Below are positions 42,414 to 55,878 of a stretch of DNA of 64,000 bases, piece after piece. The position numbers and the translations under genes were made by a program. Under the pieces are notes generated by a model that saw only the letters and a list, made by a program, of their open reading frames with translations, did no database searches and was not told the DNA's origin. The DNA lies in contig CT868374.1 of assembly GCA_000165425.1 (NCBI GenBank), forward strand, positions 248,001-312,000. The letters are read 5' to 3'. Source of the DNA: Paramecium tetraurelia (lineage: Eukaryota). How positions within the stretch are numbered: the stretch's first letter is position 1; every line of letters starts with the position of its first letter.

Positions 42414-42649
42414 TCATTCTATTATTATTAGAGATCATTTAAATTAATTAATTGGTAAAAAATACTGTTTTATTTAAAATTAACTCTTGTAAATCTGTAA
42501 TTATAAAACTATAAAGCAAATACACACATATTCTCATTGTATGTAAAAACACCTAAATTGCCTTTTTATATTTGTTTAAGAATTTTAAATTTTAAAATAC
42601 CTATACTAAACTAAACTTTAGGTTATTGTAATATCATTATTTGCAATGT

Positions 42650-43183
42650 AGTTCTAAGGAGCTCTTAAAATACTAAATACCTTAAGATATAACAAATAAT
42701 CTCGGCTTGATAAACTTGAAATCTTCAATACAAAAAAATTTATGTTTGAAAATTTTTTAACAATTTCTTGGACGTTAAATAAATTCAATAAATTAAAATT
42801 GTTATTATGTCTATCAATAATTAACAACATTTTTAGAATTATAAAAATAAGTATGAACAATTTTTGTATCCTTTTATCATGGATAAAGGAAGTAAACATC
42901 AAAGGAGCCTTCATTAATAAAAGGATGATCTACAAAGAAAAGATTGATAAAAAAAAGAATATTTCTAATTTCGAATTTGAAACATTTGAAATTTAAAATT
43001 CCATGAATTCAAAAATAAAGTTCAAATAATTATCATAAAAAATTTAATTTTAGCTATTTATAAAATAGAAATGGTGAAAGGAAAATTTTTGAAAATATAT
43101 TTAATGGAATGATGTAAAGAGTATAATAATACGGTTAAAATGGAATGGATGGATAAGGTTCATAAGTTGATTAAGTAGATTGA
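42650..43183 (+). pseudogene. Heavily deleted HSP70 relic with an intact last ~28 codons
   Basis: Colinear patches match the HSP70 gene: gataaacttgaaatcttcaa (42709), acaatttcttggacgttaaa (42760), aaatggtgaaaggaa (43069). Then IFNGMMQRVQQYGQNGMDGQGSQVDQVD* (43097-43183). Confidence 0.7.
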
Positions 43184-43888
43184 AATAAGAAATAATTAAA
43201 TAAAATAAATATAATTAAATAAATAAATAAATAAATATAGATATATTATAAACAACATAGAATATATTTTGGTATATAAATAGTTAATTAGAGTTAAAGT
43301 AATAATAATAAATAAAGAATACAGAAAATGGATATTTAAAATGCGAAACCAGCTTAAGACTATGTAGCATACAATGTACCATTATTACCTGCAGAATAAT
43401 AATCAAATAATCAATATTATGCTCCTTAAGTTTAATAAACTTAATAATAATAATAAATTAATTAATAACCATATTTTATTAATCCTTATCAACCATTAAA
43501 TATTTAAGCAGATTAATAATAATAATAGGATAATAATAATAATAAAAAATAACAGGAATAGTAATTCAAAGTCCTTATATTCCATATGTATGATATAAAT
43601 AATAAAATTATAGACTCCTTAAGTAGTATAAAATGCATCTGGATCTAGAACTCCTGTATTACTTTAATGTTGTTTTTGTAATTAACATTCAGTTACTACA
43701 ATTACATATAAACCAGGCAATAATACATATTGGGTTTCCTTATTATTATGTCTATTCTTTGGTTGTCTATGTTTCATACCTTTATTATCTGGAGATTGCA
43801 AAGATGTTTATCATCAATGCAGCTATTGTGGAAAAGTAGTTGGTCACACTCCCTATAAACCATGTTCATGATTTTTATATATTCTATA
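43097..43888 (+). repeat. Right arm of ~0.8 kb inverted duplication
   Basis: Near-identical to the reverse complement of 32182-33011. Confidence 0.95.
43328..43871 (+). CDS. LITAF-domain protein (array member 1); frameshift in the poly-Gln tract as assembled
   Basis: MDIQNAKPAQDY.. Q-rich; intron 43588-43613; CCFC..TM..CKDVYHQCSYCGKVVG; frame slips at ~43529. Confidence 0.82.
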
Positions 43889-43963
43889 CAATACAGTTAT
43901 TTACACTTATAAGGGATGTAAAAATATAAAGAAATTTTTAATTATAAAATATTAATTAATCAA

Positions 43964-44495
43964 ATGGATTATAATCAAAATAACTAATATGGATAAGTTT
44001 CAGGTCAATAAGGATATCCCTATTTTCAACCCAACCAAAACCCTTAATATAATTAACCTTAACCCTAACCTTACCCTCCTTATCAACAGCCAGCACCGTA
44101 TTTAGACCCAAATATTCCAGTTGGATAACCAGTCGGTTAACCCTAATATGGAAACTACCCATAACAACCAGTGTAGTAAGGAGTTTTATTAATCTCATCA
44201 AAGCTCGTCTGGGTTTGTGCAGAATGGACCGATTTATACAGCAGCCCCTGTTTTACGAAGTGCAGAGGGAATGAGATTTCCAGTTTAAATTTAATGCCCA
44301 TATTGCAATTAATAAGGAATCACAAGAATTGAGAATAGAGTTGGAGATGGGACTATTTGTGCTTCTATTTTAGTTTTACTCTTTTGCTGGCCCTTGTTTT
44401 GGCTTCCTTGCTGTTTAGAAGATTGTAAGGATAGAGTTCATCTTTGCATTCATTGTCAAAAATGTGTTGGCAAAAAAAAGTATGAGATTTGTTGA
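43964..44495 (+). CDS. LITAF-domain protein (array member 2)
   Basis: Q/P/Y-rich N-terminus; RFPVQIQCPYC..VGDGT..LFWLPCCLEDCKDRVHLCIHC; one intron. Confidence 0.9.
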
Positions 44496-44556
44496 GAACT
44501 TGATCATTATTAATTATTAAAATATAATCTTATTAGTTTTATTATATTCAACAAGG

Positions 44557-45149
44557 ATGGGATCAATATTTAAGGTAAGTTTAGTTGTTATAAATTTGTT
44601 AAGAAATCTTATCATTAAATAATTAATATTGTTTAATTCGAACCTTATGAAGAACAGTTCCGAGATTTGTAACCAGATGACTGTGTACTAAAGCAATAGT
44701 GAATTTCAAAAACCTACCCTGACTAACTTAGCCCAAAGTGCATACATGAGTTCGCCATTATAACCAAATATTCTCTCTCGATCTTAACCAATCACTCCAA
44801 ACAATGGAGATTAGGCTGATTAAATCATAGAAATCGGTTTACCCAAGGTTTTAACAAGAAAAATGACAAAGTATTTGAGTCGATCAATAAATATAGAAAT
44901 GATTATTTAACAACAGCCAATGGACATAAATCATAGTAAGAAATCTTTTGCAATAATTGCCAAAGAATAAATATGACTAGACTTGAAACTGAATACGGAT
45001 TGGGTGCTATCTAAGTTACTTGTTTGTTAATTGTCTTATTTTGGCCATTATGCTGGTTGCCTTGTATCCTAAAATAATGTAAAGACATAATTCATTACTG
45101 TCCATTTTGTAACTAAATAGTTGGAAGAACCCCCTACACATTCTGTTGA
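44557..45149 (+). CDS. LITAF-domain protein (array member 3)
   Basis: IFCNNCQRINMT..GLGA..FWPLCWLPCILKQCKDIIHYCPFCNQIVG. Confidence 0.85.
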
Positions 45150-46138
45150 TTTTTATGGTTATTGTTACTTAATATTATAATACATTCTCATAAATCATAT
45201 TCTTTCTGGAGATCAGCTTCAATACAAGAATTAATCGATTATTAAGCTTCGAAATATTCTAATAATGCTGTTTGTTAATGCTAATGTTGAGAATTTAAGT
45301 CCTAAATGACAGAACTAAAATGAATAAATCCCCATTAAAAATGAAATATCAAGCATTTCTTCGTAGAGAAATGCAACTCTTATTCATAACAACGATTTAT
45401 ATAAATTGAGGTCAATAATGCATAGATATGATAACCTAAAAAATTATGAAAATTTCAATTATTTTAAAATCAAATATTTTTGGTGAGAATTTCTAGATTG
45501 TTATTGGTCATATTTGATCATTCTCTATTTAATATGCTCTTTGGAAACATTGTCATTTCATATATTATATTATATATAACATTAATAAAACATTAGAGGA
45601 TTTCTAAATATAGATTCTAGAAGTTTTAAAATACTTGAAATTCTTGAAGAAAAAAGTAATTTTTAGATCGATGTACACTTATACCAAACTTAAGCAAATT
45701 AAAGGACAATTTTTAATGATGATGAATTTGTAATTCATTAATAACTCTTTAAGCTTAAGATCCTTATTTTTATCATAAATTATAATATTCAATTAATCAG
45801 AAAGATATATCAATTAGTATAAAATACAAGCTTCTTCTATCCTTTGAAAAATGGTTGGAAGCTTTATAAGTTCTTTATTAACCTCGGATTTTCAAAGTCT
45901 TTGAATATTATTAGAAAATTTATCTGACTTTTTTGGTTCTGAACGATATTTAATTTATATTCAGCAAAATATAATATTAAAGTTTGTGTACTTTAATTAA
46001 AATTTTGTAATTCATTATGAAATTAATTTTAATTAAACAATTTGTATAATGAATAAAAGTAGTCCATAAAATTTTATGGAATTAATTATTTATAAGCTTT
46101 ATCAGACCATAAGGTTTGATCATTAATTACTTGAACTA

Positions 46139-46613
46139 ATGGAATAAAATATAGCTTGTTAAGCATATCCAGCCTTTGAAGAAAAGCAAAACAAAGAATT
46201 ACCACAATAATATCAATATCCAAAAGAATAACAAAATGTTCCTGTTGGATTTCCAAATTAATAATACATACCAATCTAATAATAGTAGCCTTATATGAGT
46301 ATTATTTAAATTTAATGTAGATCCTCAATAAGTAGTCCTATAACCCATAGTTATCCAATAAGTGAGAAGAACAAATGCTGAAGGATGTTCATATCCAACA
46401 GATATTTTGTGCCCTTATTGTCAAAAACCAGTTTAGACAATGATTGAATATCAATCAGGGTGCAGCACATGGTTAGCCTGTATGTTGTTGTTTTTGTTTT
46501 TCTTGCCTTTGTTCTTTTTGCCATTTTGTTTTGAAGAATGTTAAGATAAGATTCACAAATGCCCAAATTGTGGAAAAAGAGTTGGAAAGAAAAAATATAA
46601 ATTATGTTGTTGA
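46139..46613 (+). CDS. LITAF-domain protein (array member 4)
   Basis: YPTDILCPYCQKPVQT..SGCSTWLAC..FLPFCFEECQDKIHKCPNCGKRVG..LCC*; one intron. Confidence 0.9.
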
Positions 46614-46662
46614 TTGTAAATACACATTTAATTTTTAATTATTATACAAAAATACCTAACTA

Positions 46663-47139
46663 ATGTAAAGTCATAATTAATAACAACCTGGTGTTTATTA
46701 GAGTCCTAATTAAGGTTAATACCTCTCACAACAAAACCAGCAAGCTGTTAATAACTACAATTATCCAACCGTCCAAGCTGATTAACAGTATATTCCTCAA
46801 TAGCAATAGTATGGGTAGCCTATGAATCATTAAGACTAATAATATGTATATGGAGCACCAGTGGGGATGGCTTAAGGAATGCCAATGAAACTACCAAGGA
46901 CTGCAGATGGAGTTAGATTTCCAGTTGATATTGAATGCTAATTTTGTAAAAGAAACACAAGAACAAGAATTGAATATAAATCAGGAGGAAATGTTTATTG
47001 TTGCTCATGTTTGCTATTTTTTACAATTCCAATATTGGTATGCCTGCCTTGTTGTTTGAAATCTTAAAAAGATGTTATACATTATTGTACTTAATGCAAT
47101 CATCAGGTTGGTTTCGCTGAAAAGAAGTGTTGTGATTGA
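46663..47139 (+). CDS. LITAF-domain protein (array member 5), intronless
   Basis: RFPVDIECQFCKRNTRT..CLPCCLKSQKDVIHYCTQCNHQVG..KCCD*. Confidence 0.9.
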
Positions 47140-47165
47140 TATCAATTTTATTTAATTTACTAGTA

Positions 47166-48491
47166 ATGGCAAATATCTTCTGTTATAATATATCTTAATT
47201 CAATTAATAAAATTATGAGATTAAGATAAACTTATTAACCAAATTATCTCTAGATCTCCCAATCCGAAAAACCCAAAAGAAACGTGTATTCATATGGAAA
47301 GGAACTAAATACTCCTGATTCAATTAAACCGCTGAGTCCTTTAATGAATTTGAGACTTTTTCTTTATAAAACTAAACAAAAATTAGAGTTTAAATAGGTG
47401 AGCCAATTTACCAGGAATGATCCTTTAGTAAAAGAACAACCTTCTTTCCTATTTAATAAATTGTAGATAGAACAGGATAATTAAATAAAATTTCAGGCCT
47501 ATTTAGATGGAGATTTGCAAGCTGAAGAGTATTTGACGCTACAAAACTACAAGAGATTATATAATATAACTAAGAATGATAATGGGTCATTTGATAACAC
47601 AAAAGATGAGATGCCTTACTATACTTAAAGAGAAAGTGCTTTAAAAAAATTGAAAGAGAGGATTATTCATAGATATCATCTGAATAAAAGAAAAAGAGGT
47701 TCTGAAATTAGTAGCCAAGTTGACACTTCAAAAGGTAATACTCCTGGTATATAATTGGCTAAATAACTCAAAAAAGTTATAATTAGAAAAAATATGAATA
47801 AAATTAATGAAGAAATGACAGCGTATCAAATTTGTATTACTTAGAGAGAATACTTTAAAGAACTTAAAGATGGTTTAGAATGCGGATTTTGCAGTACAGA
47901 GACTTTAAGAGACACTTGAATAAGATAAACCTTTTGAGAGCAGTGTGAAGAAGAAAGTAAACTCTACAAAGCATCTAAAAATAATTACTAGAAGAAATAA
48001 AACTGAGACGAATGAAGATTATCAGAATAGTAGAATCTAGTTAAATAATGAAATAGTTCATTTGGCTAATTAAACAATTTATGAATCTTAAACTCAAGAT
48101 AAGCTAAAATAATTAAAGTCAAAAACTCTCAAATTTTCTGATGCCAAAATGAATCAAGTATTAATACAAAAATCTTTATAATCATTCTAAGATCAAAGAA
48201 GATGTATAACCGACAGATCATAACAATCATAAGGTTAGAAAAACAATTCTAAATAAAAATTACATTATCAGGGTGAATAGAAATTGGAAGAGAGGGATGA
48301 TTCAGCTGAATCAAGTCTCTGTTCCTTATTTGAAAAAAAGATCAATAGTTTATATAATTAGAGCATTTTATTAAAGAAAAATATCTCAAATAAGGATAAT
48401 TTGATTAAACGCATCAAACATATGCAAAGTTTCAATTAAATAGTAGGAGAAGCTGTGCAAACAAACAATTAAAAATTATATAAAATTTGAT
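47166..48491 (+). pseudogene. Hypothetical gene with several frameshifts (pseudogene or poor consensus)
   Basis: A ~215-codon open stretch (~47270-47918) flanked by coding-like sequence in other frames without clear GT..AG introns. Confidence 0.4.
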
Positions 48492-48514
48492 TGTTTAATT
48501 TATTATGCATCTAT

Positions 48515-48865
48515 TCATATAGTTGAATTAACTTTATTAGATTAAGCAACAAGTTATCCTAATACTTATTCCAATTCCTATTCGTTTAAGTTGCCTATCA
48601 ATGCTTTCTTTTCAACTCCATATCCTACAAATTAAATCTATAAATACTGTATCTGATAAGAATATAAGGATCTATAGATTCACATTCCCTCACTACAAAT
48701 GGGAATTTTGGATTTGCTTCTTTCCATTGCCAATAATTTTTAGTGACTAGATTTCTATAATTAAATAATACATCAGTACCTTACGCCTTCAGATCTACCA
48801 CAGTTTTGGCAAAACACAAATCGTAATTCTTTGACAGAGTTACCTAATTATTTTTACCAAGACAT
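48515..48865 (-). CDS. NDUFA2: NADH dehydrogenase (complex I) subunit B8 / NDUFA2
   Basis: MSWQKQLGNSVKELRFVFCQNCGRSEGVR..KEANPKFPFVVREC..RYRYGVEK; two introns. Confidence 0.9.
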
Positions 48866-49344
48866 TATTAAATTAATTATATTTATAATAAATAGAAAAA
48901 TGATTAGTGAAATCAAAATTGATCTTTCTTATAGATCTATATTCAGTTGTAGGAATTGAAAGTTTAGTTAAAATAATATCCTGAAAAATCTTGTATCTAA
49001 GAGATAATAAGTAAACATGCCTATGGTTTTGAAATTGTTATGCTTTTTCTTAAAGGTGATAAATGAAAAATCAATAATTTTTGAATAAAGTTCTTTGAAT
49101 ATTTGATTAATATCATCTTAAAAAAGTAGTGTCTATAGTCTATATTTTATAAAATTGTTAGCTTCATTAAAAATATCATTCATTCTCTATGTCTATTTGT
49201 GGTCACATCCAGGTAGAATAGTAAATGGGAGTGGTCATCTTATTTGAATGCTTAAGGTAATGGAGTTGGAGGGAATAGAATAGTTAGGATTATATATTAA
49301 GTATTTATGTTCTGATTTGAAGATTTAATTTAAATAAATTAATT

Positions 49345-51091
49345 ATGATACGAGGGTACACATCCGTATTGAGAAAATCACTTTGGTATTTACCATCAAT
49401 GGGATTCTCAAAGAAATTGGGTATTGGTGAGGCATCCAGTGTATTAGAAGATAAAATTAAAAATATTTCCCAATTGGTAAAGGATTATAGTGATAAATTA
49501 GAATGACATCAAAGAATATGGTACAGTTATCTCCATTGGTGATGGTATTGCTAGAGTTTTTGGATTAACATAAGTTTAAGCAGGAGAAATGGTTGAATTC
49601 AGTTCAGGAGTAAGAGGCATGGCCTTGAATTTGGAAACAGATAATGTGGGTATTGTCGTGTTGGGTAATGACAGGTATGTGATTAAAACTCATTTATTCT
49701 AGAGAAATCTAAGAAGGAGATATTGTCAAAAGAACAGGAGCAATTGTCGATGTCCCCATTGGTATGGAAATGTTGGGAAGAGTATTTGATGCTCTTGGTA
49801 ACCCAATCGATGGACATGGTCCAGTCAAAACAAACACAAGAAGAAGAGTTGAATTGAAAGCACCAGGAATTATTCCAAGAAAGAGTGTCCACGAACCAAT
49901 GTAAACAGGATTGAAGGCTGTTGATTGTTTGGTTCCAATTGGAAGAGGACAAAGAGAATTGATTATTGGTGATAGATAAACAGGAAAGACAGCTATTGCT
50001 ATTGATACAATCATCAACTAAAAGCCAAACTTTGACTCTGGTGACAAGAATAAATAATTATATTGCATTTACGTTGCTATTGGTTAAAAGAGATCAACTG
50101 TTGCTAACTTGGTTAAGATTCTTACATAAGCTGGTGCTATGAAATACACAATTGTGGTTGCAGCCACAGCCTCAGAAGCTGCTCCACTTTAATATTTAGC
50201 ACCATAGTTCTCGGTTGTGCTATTGGAGAATATTTCAGAGACAATGGAATGCATGCTCTTATTATTTATGACGATCTTTCTAAATAAGCCGTTGCTTATA
50301 GATAAATGTCATTGTTGTTGAGAAGACCTCCAGGCAGAGAAGCCTATCCAGGTGATGTCTTCTATTTGCACTCCAGATTGTTGGAAAGAGCAGCTAAACT
50401 CAATGCTGAAAACGGAAATGGATCATTAACTGCCTTACCAGTTATTGAAACTTAAGCTGGTGATGTCTCAGCCTATATTCCAACCAACGTTATTTCTATT
50501 ACAGATGGATAAATTTTCTTGGAAACAGAATTGTTCTTCAAGGTATTTCTTATATTCTATAATTATTTTAGGGTATTAGACCAGCTATCAATGTCGGTTT
50601 GTCTGTGTCAAGAGTCGGATCTGCTGCTTAAATCAAAGCCATGAAGACAGTCGCTGGTAGACTTAAGTTAGAATTGGCTTAATACAGAGAAGTCGCTGCA
50701 TTTGCCCAATTTGGTTCAGATTTAGATGCTGCCACTTAATAATTATTAAACAGAGGTGCATAATTAACAGAATTACTTAAATAAAAACAATACGTATGTT
50801 ATTATGAAATTCATATTTTAGGTCCCAATGTGTGCTGAAGAATAAGTTTGCGTCATTTATGCTGGTGTCAGAGGATTTTTGGATAAAGTATAAACTTCAG
50901 AAATAGCCAAATTCGAAGAGAAATTCCTTACTCACCTTAGAACCAACTATCCAGCCATGTTGGAAAGAATTAGAAGGTATTTAATATAATAATTCTTTAG
51001 TACTGGTGAATTGAGCAAATAAGATGATGCTGAATTGAAAAGTATCTTAGAAGTCTTCATCCCAGAAGCTGGTCTTGCTATGAAATAATGA
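49345..51091 (+). CDS. ATP1: Mitochondrial F1 ATP synthase subunit alpha (nuclear-encoded); 2 extra bases at ~50207 and ~50212
   Basis: Presequence, [67 protein letters not shown]; five introns. Confidence 0.97.
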
Positions 51092-51797
51092 TCAATTACA
51101 AATAATAATACAATATATAAAATAATAATAATTGATAAGTAGTATTTTCATAAGATATTAAATTTAACTTAAAATTATTTCTTAGAGAAGGAAGGTCCAA
51201 AATTTGGAACCTTTGAAATTCAATGAGAATTTTAAATTTTAAAAGTTTTGGTGAATATAATAGCTCAGACATTAATAATAAGCCTTTGCATATTAATAAG
51301 TTGGATTAATAATGAAATATTTTAATTACAAGCAGTATTTGCTAATATTTTTGCTATAAATTTTTTAATTAAATAACAATTCTTTTTATAGAATGAGATA
51401 GAATATTTTGAGATTATCATGAATCTCTTATTTTATGATAAGAATACACATAATTTGATTCAATTTGAATATTTTTGGTTATTAGATCTATGATGATCAT
51501 AAACTTGGTGTAATAATCTTACCTAAATGTTCATAAATTAACTTTCTATATTTTAGAATATTGGAATGTCTTTAGAATAAGTATATGAGAATCTAAATTG
51601 CTTGAATTGATGAGTCATCTGCATTGAATCGATTTCCTAGTAGCTGTTATTTTTGAATGGGTTTTTATAAAAAATATAATTTTCTAGAAAATTTATATGA
51701 TAGTGCGCAATAACAAGATATTGGGGAGAGATAATTGGTGTATAAAAATTTCATACAAAAGGTAATGGATACACGTCTCCATGAATTAAATAAATAA

Positions 51798-54508
51798 ATG
51801 AGCAAATATATTTATACATTTGGTGATGGCAAAGCTGAAGGCAGTGCAGCGATGAAGAATCTTTTGGGAGGCAAAGGATCTGGATTGGCCGAAATGAACT
51901 TGATTGGCATTCCAGTACCCCCAGGCTTCACAATTACAACAGATGCTTGCAACTTGTACACTAAGAATGGTGCTGAATCCACTTTCGCTCTCATCAAGGC
52001 TGATGTTGAGAAAGCACTTCATTAAGTAGAAGAATTGACTAAGATGGAATTTGGCTCAGCTGAAAACCCCTTACTCGTTTCTGTTAGATCTGGAGCTAGA
52101 GTTTCAATGCCCGGTATGATGGACACAATTCTTAATCTTGGATTAAATGATATCTCAGTAGAGGGATTGAGCAAGAGAACAAACAACCCAAGATTTGCAT
52201 GGGATTCTTACAGAAGATTCATTCAAATGTTCAGTGACATCGTGTTGGACATGAAGCCAACCACCAAGGAAGACATCGATCCATTTGAAGAAATCATCGA
52301 AAGTGTCAAACATGCTAAGGGAGTCAAATAAAGATACCGAACTTGAAGTTGACGATCTTAAGACTCTCGTTGAAAAGTATAAGGTTGCTGTCAAAGCAAA
52401 AACAGGAAAAGATTTCCCATAAGAACCATAATAATAATTATGGAGAGCTATTTAAGCTGTGTTTGATAGTTGGAACAATGATAGAGCTAAATACTACAGA
52501 ATTCTTAACAAGATCCCTGAAGATTGGGGAACTGCAGTCAATGTCTAAGCTATGGTTTTCGGTAACATGGGAAACACATCAGCCACTGGAGTCGGATTCA
52601 CTAGAGATGCATCAACAGGAGAAAATATTTTCAATGGAGAATATTTGATCAATGCCTAAGGAGAAGATGTCGTTGCAGGTATCAGAACACCATAATAAAT
52701 CACTTTGATTGGATCAAAAAGATGGGCTGAATTATAAGGAGTTCCTGAAGATGTCAGAAAAAATCAATTCCCATCATTGGAAGAATCATTACCAGAAACA
52801 TACTAAGAATTGAAGAATGTCTAAGAAAAATTAGAATAACACTTCAAAGATATGTAAGATATTGAATTCACTATTCAAAATGGAAAATTATGGTTATTAT
52901 AATGCAGAAATGGTAAAAGAACTGGTGCTGCCATGGTTTAAATTGCTTGTGATTTATTAAGAGAAGGAAAAATTGATGAAAAGACAGCTCTTAAGAGAAT
53001 TGAGCCAAATAAATTAGATGAATTATTGCATCCAATTTTCACACCAGAAGCTTTGAAGACAGCCAAATTTGTTGCCAAGGGATTACCAGCATCTACCAGG
53101 AGCAGCTTCAGGATAAATTGTTTTCTTCGCTGATGAAGCCAAGAAATTTGCTCAAAGTATTTTAGTAAGAATTGAAACATCTCCAGAAGATTTGGAAGGT
53201 ATGAACATTGCCAGAGGTATTTTGACAGCCAGAGGAGGTATGACATCTCATGCTGCTGTCGTTGCAAGAGGTATGGGTAAATGCTGTGTTTGTGGTGCTG
53301 GATCTTTGAACATTAATTACAAATAAAGAACACTTGAAGTTAACGGAAAGGTTTATGCTGAAGGTGATTGGATTTCATTGAATGGATCAACAGGAGATGT
53401 CTTTGAAGGAAAATTAAAAACATAAGAAGCATAACTCAGTGGAGATTTTGGTTTGATTATGGATTGGGCTGAGAAATACACTAGAATGTATGTTAGAACC
53501 AATGCAGACACACCAAAGGATGCTTAAATTGCTAGAAAATTCGGTGCCAAGGGTATTGGATTGACAAGAACTGAACATATGTTCTTTGAAGGAGAAAGAA
53601 TCAAAGCTATGAGAGAAATGATTCTAGCATCAGATTTGGCAGGCAGATAAACTGCATTGGCTAAATTATTGCCATTCCAAAGAAGTGACTTTGAAGGTAT
53701 TTTTGAGGCTATGAATGGATATGGAGTAACAATTAGATTGTTGGACCCACCCCTCCATGAATTCGTTCCACATGAAACTGCTTAATAATAGGAATTGGCT
53801 TAAGATATGGGATTGACTTTAGATTAAGTTAAATAAAAGGTCCATGAATTAGCAGAATTCAACCCAATGTTGGGACATAGAGGTTGCAGATTAGGAATTA
53901 CATATCCAGAAATCACAGAAATGTAAACCAGAGCCATCATTGAAGCAGCTCTTAACATCAAAGCCAAGGGTATGGATGTTAAACCAGAAATTATGGTTCC
54001 ATTAGTTGGTAATGTTAATGAATTAGAGCACTAATTGAAAGTTGTTAAAAAGACAGCTGAAACAGTATTCTAAGAGAGAAAGGACACAATTCATTATTTA
54101 GTCGGAACTATGATTGAAGTACCAAGAGCTTGCTTAGTTGCTGATTAAATTGGTCAAATTGCTGAATTCTTTTCATTTGGTACAAACGATTTGACTTAGA
54201 TGACACTCGGATTCTCAAGAGATGATGCTGGTAAATTCTTACCATATTACATTAACAATGGAATCTTGAAAGTCGATCCATTCTAAGTTTTGGATAGACA
54301 AGGAGTAGGAAAGATGGTTGAATTAGCAGTCAAGAATGGAAAATCAACAAATCCAAATTTGAAAGTTGGTATTTGCGGTGAACACGGAGGAGAACCATCA
54401 TCAGTTGAATTCTTCCACATTGTTGGATTAGACTATGTCAGTTGCTCACCATTCAGAGTTCCAATTGCAAGAGTTGCAGCAGCCATTGCCAATTTAACCC
54501 ATCCCTGA
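51798..54508 (+). CDS. ppdK: Pyruvate, phosphate dikinase, intronless; one extra A at ~53095
   Basis: [51 protein letters not shown] (phospho-His), [38 protein letters not shown]. Confidence 0.97.
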
Positions 54509-55005
54509 GTATTTCATTAAAAAAATATATAAATTTTATATTATTTTAAAATTTCTGCTGTCGAAATTATACGACACAATAAATAGAATTAAAAGTTAAA
54601 AATCACTCTGAGGAATTGTGATTGTAAATAGTGAAGGAGTAGATTATCACTATTACTACTTACCTTAAGAAGAAAAAAATTAGGGTAACTTCCATTATCC
54701 TCTATTTTGATACTAATGATCAAGTCTATTCCTATTTTTTGCTTATAAATCAAGATCTTTGGTTAGAGATTTAAATTCCACAAATAATTTGGCATTAGTA
54801 AATCTAAATAAAATGCAATTCTAATAGCTTCACATAAAGATCATTTATTAATTATTATTCAAGAGCTTAAAAATAAGAAGATCTTGATTAATAAGATATG
54901 CAAGCATAATCTTTACATTACAAATATAAATATACGTAGATCAAAATAACTGAATATTAAAATGATAATGTTTTCCGTTTATTTAATATATAACATTAAT
55001 AGATT

Positions 55006-55878
55006 ATGTTTAAAAATTTACTCAAATCAGGTAATCATCACATAAACTTATTATAGAATTAAATAAGAATGAATATTCTCAAATAAAAAATTATTTAATC
55101 ATTAGACTAAATCTGAAAGGGTTTTTAAATTTATCTTCATTCTTTTTGAAAAATTAATTTTTTAAGATTTATTGAAAATCTTATTGGAATTGTTTGGTAC
55201 ATCAAAAGAAGAGTTGAATAAAAAAAAATATATAATCACCTATCAATCGACCTTCGAAACGATTTAACTATCCATAATCTAACAATGCAAGTAAATTATT
55301 CCAAATCCTCAAACAGACTCCTTCAATTTAATAATCAGCATTTAAATCCTCTAAGAAAAACAATAAAAGCACAGGATTAAATGAAAGCCTTTACCGAAAA
55401 GTATCTAAATTCATTAATATAGAAATATTGCATATCGATATTAAAGAACCTAGGACTTATCTTAGACAAGTCATTTCTCCTTATTGAGATTTTCGATCAT
55501 AAGTCTCATTTGATATTGCACCTTAAACATGTGTGGCAGCTCCTCGAAAAATTAGTCAGTCTTAATAACTGATTCAACAAAAGAATTCTGTTCGAAGATC
55601 CAATAGTTTCAAAGATCTTTTCAAAGCTAAATTACATTTGGTCGATACATTAATAATTGAATACTCAAAATCTTATAAATCAATTTTATTTGATAAATTC
55701 AAAAGTGATCCTTTCTTTTATTAAGAACAAATAAAATCATAGACCGGTTCTAATCAATCAAATTTATCATATTAATATCGCAATAATAAATCATTTAAAT
55801 GTGTTTTGATCTAAAATTTAAGAAATTTGTTAACATCTAAATAGATAGAATAACTATTTTAAATATCATTATATTGAA
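55006..55878 (+). CDS. Possible hypothetical protein (structure uncertain)
   Basis: ATG followed by a GT..AG intron and coding-like composition, but I could not assemble one clean frame. Confidence 0.3.

Noticed and set aside
44025..44080. Telomere-like ccctaa/ccttaa/cccaa runs
   Set aside because: They encode QPQPQPYPP of a LITAF gene in code 6 and are not tandem C4A2/C3A3 repeats.
45150..46130. Gap in the LITAF array with partial HSE-like ttctagaag
   Set aside because: Only two good nGAAn units and no recognisable LITAF or HSP70 remnant could be supported.
51192..51213. Hairpin aaggtccaaaatttggaacctt downstream of ATP1
   Set aside because: Short and imperfect; intrinsic terminators are not relevant to a ciliate Pol II gene.
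51798..54508. Bacterial contamination as the origin of PPDK
   Set aside because: The gene uses TAA/TAG as Gln throughout and is contiguous with intron-containing ciliate genes.
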